Source: a virus. From it: DNA of 64,000 bases. The stretch lies in IMG/VR virus record IMGVR_UViG_3300027692_000001. One strand, given 5' to 3'. Of this stretch, positions 59,881-64,000 are shown piece by piece. Position 1 is the stretch's first letter. Each line of letters begins with the position of its first letter. The notes beneath the pieces were generated by a model that was not told the origin of the DNA, searched no databases, and saw only the letters and a program-made list of their open reading frames with translations. The translations under genes and the position numbers were made by a program.

Positions 59881-60199
59881 GCGCGACTTTGAGGTCTCCG
59901 TCACCTGGGAGCAGGCCGACGACCGCGCCTTCCTGTTCTACGCCCGCTCCCGCTTCATGGCCACCCGCTCCGAGGCCCACGCGGTCCACATGGAGGAACT
60001 GAACTTCAACGGCTACCTCGACCCGGCCCGCGAGGACATCCGCAACGTCGCGATTGAGAAGCGCTACCGCGGGCGGCAGATCGACTGCTCCGACACCCCC
60101 TGCTCTCCTGAGCGCAACCAGCACTGGCTAGGAGAGGTACGGAAGAAGGTGTTGTCATGCACGGGACCGCTCGCGAACGCACTGAAGACGACACTGTGA
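59861..60199 (+). CDS. hypothetical protein
   Basis: ATG after CAGGAGAG. 112 aa. Confidence 0.5.
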   Translation: MMSPKPERDFEVSVTWEQADDRAFLFYARSRFMATRSEAHAVHMEELNFNGYLDPAREDIRNVAIEKRYRGRQIDCSDTPCSPERNQHWLGEVRKKVLSCTGPLANALKTTL

Positions 60200-60354
60200 G
60201 CCGCGGGTGTACCTTCTGCACCCACGTCGGCCAGCGCTGTCCTGACTGCGTGGCCTACCTCCAAGCGGAACTGATGGCACCGAGCCCCTTCCGCCCGACT
60301 CCCCTCACCTTGGCAGCGCTACTCCACAAGCGCCGCCCGCGCGTGCGGGGATGA
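60196..60354 (+). CDS. small Cys-rich protein
   Basis: GTGA overlap. 52 aa with CTFC...CPDC. Confidence 0.45.
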   Translation: MSRGCTFCTHVGQRCPDCVAYLQAELMAPSPFRPTPLTLAALLHKRRPRVRG

Positions 60355-60542
60355 CCACCGCCGACGAGAACCGCCGCAGAGGCTCCATGGCCGTCTGGCT
60401 CCCTAAGGAGCTCGTTGAACGCTTAGGGGTGGTGGCCGACGAACGGATGATCTCGCGCACGATCCTGACCCGCCGCCTGCTTGAGGAGGCCCTTGACCGC
60501 CTTCTTCCTGCCGGCGACTTCCTGTTCAAGCCGAAGCCGTGA
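60351..60542 (+). CDS. ribbon-helix-helix protein
   Basis: ATGA overlap. GSMAVWLPKELVERLGVVADERMISRTILTRRLLEEAL has an Arc/MetJ-like RHH pattern. Confidence 0.6.
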   Translation: MTTADENRRRGSMAVWLPKELVERLGVVADERMISRTILTRRLLEEALDRLLPAGDFLFKPKP

Positions 60543-60874
60543 AGCGCTCACCCCTTCGGCGGATCTCGGAGAAGCGCAAGGCGCAGCTCCCAGCGCGCCG
60601 CAAGTGCGTCCAGGTGGTGCTTGAGAGGGACAAGGTGTGCCAGTTTCAGCCGCGCCTTGAGGCCTACTGGCGCGAGAACGGCCTGGACGCGTACAAGCAG
60701 CTTGTGGCGGGCCTCCCCCTCCATGACTGCTGGGGCCCTCTGGACGTGCATGAACCGGGCCACCGCTCGCAGGGGGCTGATCCAACCGACCCCGCGGCAT
60801 GTGTTCTCGTTTGCAGGGGGCATCACGACTTCCTGCACTCCCGACCTCTGATCGCTAAAGCCTTGACTCTCTGA
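60539..60874 (+). CDS. HNH endonuclease
   Basis: GTGA overlap. ...[32 protein letters not shown] fits the HNH (H-N/H-H) core of phage gp74-like nucleases. Confidence 0.6.
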   Translation: MKRSPLRRISEKRKAQLPARRKCVQVVLERDKVCQFQPRLEAYWRENGLDAYKQLVAGLPLHDCWGPLDVHEPGHRSQGADPTDPAACVLVCRGHHDFLHSRPLIAKALTL

Positions 60875-60890
60875 CGCCGAAGTGTAAGCT
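60863..60890 (+). promoter_or_regulatory. early promoter with GCTAGC-centred palindrome (second copy)
   Basis: TTGACT, 16 nt, TAAGCT within GTGTAAGCTAGCTTTACAAC, followed by the leader CCCCTACGAAACGAGGACC and ATG 60922. Confidence 0.55.
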
Positions 60891-60921
60891 AGCTTTACAA
60901 CCCCTACGAAACGAGGACCCC

Positions 60922-61596
60922 ATGACTGTCACCGAGACAAAGGCCCCACCCTTCGGGGTGGAGCACGTCAAGGTCGTGTGCCGCGACATCCTTCTCCCGC
61001 CAGATACCGACCCAGAGGTTTTGCTCTGGGGCTTCCGCCTGAACGGCTTGGACATGGTTTCAAGCCATGAGTACCGCTGGCCGTTCCCTGGCCGCTGGGC
61101 CGAGGCTACAGGGCCGTTTACCGAAGGTGGGGACGGGTGCCCTACCGCCGAGGGCGATGGACTATGCGTGGCGAAGACAATTGAGGGCTCGCAGTCTGGC
61201 AACGGTCGGTTCGGAAAATCTCTCGGGCTGCTTATTGCTTACCTGCCTGGCGACCTGTTGGCTGAGTCGAGTCACAAGCTGAGGGTCAAGAAGGCATGGG
61301 TAGCGGATGTGTTCGATCCAGTACGGGCATTGCTCCTGTCCAGGGCCAACCTGTCCAGGGCCAACCTGTCCGGGGCCGACCTGTACGGGGCCGACCTGTA
61401 CGGGGCCGACCTGTACAGGGCCAACCTGTCCGGGGCCAACCTGTCCGGGGCCAACCTGTCCAGGGCCAACCTGTCCGGGGCCGACCTGTCCGGGGCCAAC
61501 CTGTCCGGGGCCAACCTGTCCGGGGCCACTTACAGCCAGGGCACTCTCTGGCCCGCGAACTTCGATTTCTCAAGCAAAGGGGCGGTGAAGATATGA
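60922..61596 (+). CDS. pentapeptide-repeat protein
   Basis: The C-terminal half is about 13 consecutive A(N/D)L(S/Y)(G/R) pentapeptides. The N-terminal ~135 aa is unique. Confidence 0.8.
   Translation: MTVTETKAPPFGVEHVKVVCRDILLPPDTDPEVLLWGFRLNGLDMVSSHEYRWPFPGRWAEATGPFTEGGDGCPTAEGDGLCVAKTIEGSQSGNGRFGKSLGLLIAYLPGDLLAESSHKLRVKKAWVADVFDPVRALLLSRANLSRANLSGADLYGADLYGADLYRANLSGANLSGANLSRANLSGADLSGANLSGANLSGATYSQGTLWPANFDFSSKGAVKI
61336..61530 (+). repeat. 15-bp coding tandem repeat (gccaacctgtccggg-type)
   Basis: Near-identical 15-nt units encoding the pentapeptide repeats. They give long spurious ORFs in all other frames. Confidence 0.85.
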
Positions 61597-61748
61597 CCGC
61601 CGCCGAACTCACCCTCCACCTGCCAATCTGGCTCCCCTTCGCCTTCCTGACCCCCGCAGCCTTCTGGGCCGGCTACCCCCTCTATATCCGCCCCCACGTC
61701 GTCCACTGGCGCAAGAGGCGCAGGAACGCGCGGAGGTTGGGGATATGA
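61593..61748 (+). CDS. small membrane protein
   Basis: ATGA overlap. 51 aa with a hydrophobic core and an Arg-rich tail. Confidence 0.5.
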   Translation: MTAAELTLHLPIWLPFAFLTPAAFWAGYPLYIRPHVVHWRKRRRNARRLGI

Positions 61749-62077
61749 GCGACGTCATGCTTGCCCTCGTTATGACGAGCTGCCAGCCCGTCGTTAGGGC
61801 CGAAGACAGCCTGGAAGATCGGTTCCGGGCCGCCATGAAGGAAGCCTCCAACCACTGGATGGTGCTGGACCGGGACGTGCAGTTCCGAGGTGCCATCGGT
61901 GCCGTGTACTCTGCGGCATCCGAACCCGAGAAGGCGCGGATCGACGTGGAACTAAAAGCGATGAAGGCCTTGAACGCCCTGCTAAGCGGCGTCCCCATCA
62001 ACTTTGACGCGCTAGAACTCCCCCCTGATGAGGAGCGGCTCGGCCTAATCAGGATGTGGCAGGAGGTGATCGCATGA
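61745..62077 (+). CDS. hypothetical protein
   Basis: ATGA overlap. 110 aa. Confidence 0.55.
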   Translation: MSDVMLALVMTSCQPVVRAEDSLEDRFRAAMKEASNHWMVLDRDVQFRGAIGAVYSAASEPEKARIDVELKAMKALNALLSGVPINFDALELPPDEERLGLIRMWQEVIA

Positions 62078-62994
62078 TCCGTCGCCCGTCTCGCGGTGTC
62101 ACCTCCATCGAGGTTCTGACCCTGCTAGCCCTGATCGCGGTCGTGGTGGTCATCATCGTTATCGCCTTCGGCGGCACCTCCTGGGCCGGTGGCCTGTCGC
62201 ACCAGCCATGCCCAACGACCGTCCCGACCACCCTGGTCCTGACCACTACGACGGAGGTATCAACATCAACCTCGACTACAACTCCAAGTACAACACTTGG
62301 CGTGTCCCCTACGACGGTTGCTATGACGAGTACGACTTCGCCCCCAGTCGCGCCACCACCCACGAACTTCCCTCTGTATCCGCCTCCTGTGACGACGACG
62401 CTCGGCCCGACGGTTACGATCCCTCGACTGGTGACCACGACCTCACAGAGCCCCACAAGCACCTCTCAGACAACGTTAGGGACGACCACGACGCTGGCCC
62501 TCACTACGACCGTGGCCCCGACGACAACGATCACCGAGAGAGGGGTGCCCACAACGCAACCACGCAGCCAGACGTCGCTGTCCCCTCTCTCGGCCTCCAC
62601 CACAACGACTGTGGGAAAGCAGGGTATGAAATACCCCCCGATCCCACACCCCACCACAACCGCGGCTCCGTCGCCTACCACGACGACGGCTCCCAAGCCG
62701 GTAGGGAGTGCAACGACCCAGGGGCCTCCGGCTACCCGGCCCCTGGTAACCACCACCACTCGGCCGGAAGTCACGACTCTCGGACCAAAGCCGCAGGTCA
62801 CGACCACAACGGTGCCCGTAATTCCAAATACGCATTACGCATCGACCACCACCACGACGGTCCCTGTGGCCGCGGTACTCGCGTACACCGGCAGTGACTC
62901 AACCGAGATCGCAAGCTGGGGCGTGGCCCTCGTCCTTGTCGGCATGTTCTTGGTGGTGCTCAGCGCTGGACGTAGGGGGAGGCACGCGCGGTGA
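62074..62994 (+). CDS. Thr/Pro-rich surface protein with prepilin-like N-terminus and LAxTG sorting signal
   Basis: ATGA overlap. N-terminus MIRRPSRG/VTSIEVLTLLALIAVVVV (G, then E at +5, then hydrophobic). About 230 aa of mucin-like T/P/S. C-terminus LAYTG + hydrophobic + RRGRHAR. Confidence 0.65.
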   Translation: MIRRPSRGVTSIEVLTLLALIAVVVVIIVIAFGGTSWAGGLSHQPCPTTVPTTLVLTTTTEVSTSTSTTTPSTTLGVSPTTVAMTSTTSPPVAPPPTNFPLYPPPVTTTLGPTVTIPRLVTTTSQSPTSTSQTTLGTTTTLALTTTVAPTTTITERGVPTTQPRSQTSLSPLSASTTTTVGKQGMKYPPIPHPTTTAAPSPTTTTAPKPVGSATTQGPPATRPLVTTTTRPEVTTLGPKPQVTTTTVPVIPNTHYASTTTTTVPVAAVLAYTGSDSTEIASWGVALVLVGMFLVVLSAGRRGRHAR

Positions 62995-63311
62995 TCTGCG
63001 ACGCGAAGATCCGTCCGTTCACGGACGACACCGAACTCACCTGCGAGTGCCCCCACGTTGACGAGTTGGACGGGTCGTCTGAGCACCACTCAACCCTGCG
63101 GGACTACGCGTTCCCCGGTTCAGCGACGACGATCTACGCGTTCCCCGGTTCAGCGACGACGATCTACTGGGCCGAGGACGACCGCCGTAATTTTCGCGGC
63201 GAGTACCCAGGCCGATGCGACGCAGCTACGCCCACTTGGCCTGACGGTTTGCCGGGGGAGACTCGCCCCTGTGTGCTGCCGGCTGGTCATCGAGGGGGGC
63301 ACGCGCGATGA
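62991..63311 (+). CDS. hypothetical protein with internal 10-aa duplication
   Basis: GTGA overlap. YAFPGSATTI occurs twice in tandem. Confidence 0.55.
   Translation: MICDAKIRPFTDDTELTCECPHVDELDGSSEHHSTLRDYAFPGSATTIYAFPGSATTIYWAEDDRRNFRGEYPGRCDAATPTWPDGLPGETRPCVLPAGHRGGHAR
63104..63163 (+). repeat. perfect 30-bp tandem duplication
   Basis: ctacgcgttccccggttcagcgacgacgat occurs twice, back to back. Confidence 0.9.
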
Positions 63312-63580
63312 GCAATCTCGGGAAAGTTCGGGTGGTTGACTTCCTGGGTCGTGCTCGCTACGTTGATCCGTTCGTAAAGATCGAGGACATTGGGAAGCAG
63401 CCCGACGCTATTGAGCTAGCGGCTCAGGCCTTGGAGTGGACGGCGGTCATGGAGGCCCTGGTAGTGATCCACGGCAAGCACCGCGCTGCCAAGAGGCTGG
63501 CCGAGATGGGATGCCCGATCCGGTTCCACGGGGAGGACACGGTTATCGTCCGGGGGCGTAGGGGGAGGCACGCGCGGTGA
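63308..63580 (+). CDS. hypothetical protein
   Basis: ATGA overlap. 90 aa, ending GRRGRHAR like 62074-62994. Confidence 0.55.
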   Translation: MSNLGKVRVVDFLGRARYVDPFVKIEDIGKQPDAIELAAQALEWTAVMEALVVIHGKHRAAKRLAEMGCPIRFHGEDTVIVRGRRGRHAR

Positions 63581-64000
63581 GCGCCGATCCGATTGGTATG
63601 TGGGTGGGTACCACGGACGCCTACGACACGGTGGACTGCTGTCACCTCCCACGCGTCCCTGAACCTGGCGAGGGGATCACCTACATCTGCCCCCGAGGTC
63701 ACCGCTGGGAGTTCCGTCCGAACCCAGCCCCGAGGAGCTTCATGGCCGAACTTACGACCGTTCGGTACGCGCACGGTCAACCGGTCGGGCGTTGGGCCAC
63801 CCTTGACCGCTGGCGGCGTTCCCTGCCCTTGTGTTGGTGGTTGCTCTACGACGCCTTGGTCGGGGTCGCCCTCCTCTTGGCTTGGTGGCACCCTTGGGCC
63901 GCCCTCATTGTTGGAATCCCGTGGCTGGGCATAGCGGCGTTCATCGACCTGATTGAGTACATGGTGAAGTCGGGTCGGGCTAGCGAGCGAGGAAGCGACC
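63577..64000 (+). CDS. hypothetical membrane protein (3' partial at window edge)
   Basis: GTGA overlap. The frame stays open to the end of the window. CCH..CPRGH motif followed by hydrophobic segments. Confidence 0.5.
   Translation, partial: MSADPIGMWVGTTDAYDTVDCCHLPRVPEPGEGITYICPRGHRWEFRPNPAPRSFMAELTTVRYAHGQPVGRWATLDRWRRSLPLCWWLLYDALVGVALLLAWWHPWAALIVGIPWLGIAAFIDLIEYMVKSGRASERGSD

Noticed and set aside
60351-60874. RHH plus HNH pair (and other RHH-led pairs at 3935-4386 and 12149-13020) as toxin-antitoxin modules
   Set aside because: The downstream partners show no recognisable toxin fold (the HNH looks like a standard phage packaging-associated nuclease). RHH proteins are common phage regulators, so I cannot support a TA call from sequence alone.
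57066-61530. Tandem repeats as possible CRISPR arrays
   Set aside because: The units are 12 and 15 bp with no spacers, lie in frame within ORFs, and there are no cas genes. This is not CRISPR architecture.
61286-61748. Repeat ORFs in other frames and on the other strand over the pentapeptide array (61272-61529, 61286-61612, 61296-61748, 61307-61588)
   Set aside because: These are artefacts of the 15-bp periodicity. The A(N/D)LSG frame is contiguous with a unique N-terminal domain, and follows the promoter, leader and ATG at 60922.

Overview
The window is a high-GC, actinobacterial-type temperate siphovirus genome segment. Gene order is vegetative, not integrated, so this is a phage genome or circular contig rather than a prophage with host flanks. 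It runs as follows: small early or delayed-early genes (1-11.6 kb, + strand); a phage-encoded initiator-like tRNA-Met; a leftward 4-gene cassette; the late operon (13.4-53.2 kb); tandem terminators and a putative attP; a tyrosine integrase (53.4-54.2 kb, - strand); and a second rightward early region (54.4-64 kb) holding an exonuclease/Rad52-like annealase module, HNH, a pentapeptide-repeat protein and others. The late operon contains terS, terL, portal, a Nudix-2H-MuF fusion, a 10-gene glycosylation island, protease, scaffold, capsid, an HNH/moron block, connectors, major tail, G/G-T chaperone, tape measure, minor tail and fibre genes, and a possible lysis cassette. A divergent switch region (7.7-8.5 kb) holds two consensus leaderless promoters, three GGTAaTACC operators and an unlisted 53-aa Ros/MucR-type zinc-finger ORF. 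About 40 gene junctions I checked are ATGA/GTGA/TTGA start-stop overlaps. The most unusual signal is a pair of diverged, inverted ~400-nt ORF-free elements (5536-5950 and 59106-59532). Each sits directly 3' of a gene, and their substitutions preserve hairpins, so I read them as an unclassified large structured RNA family. All functional calls rest on motif recognition by eye. No database search was possible.
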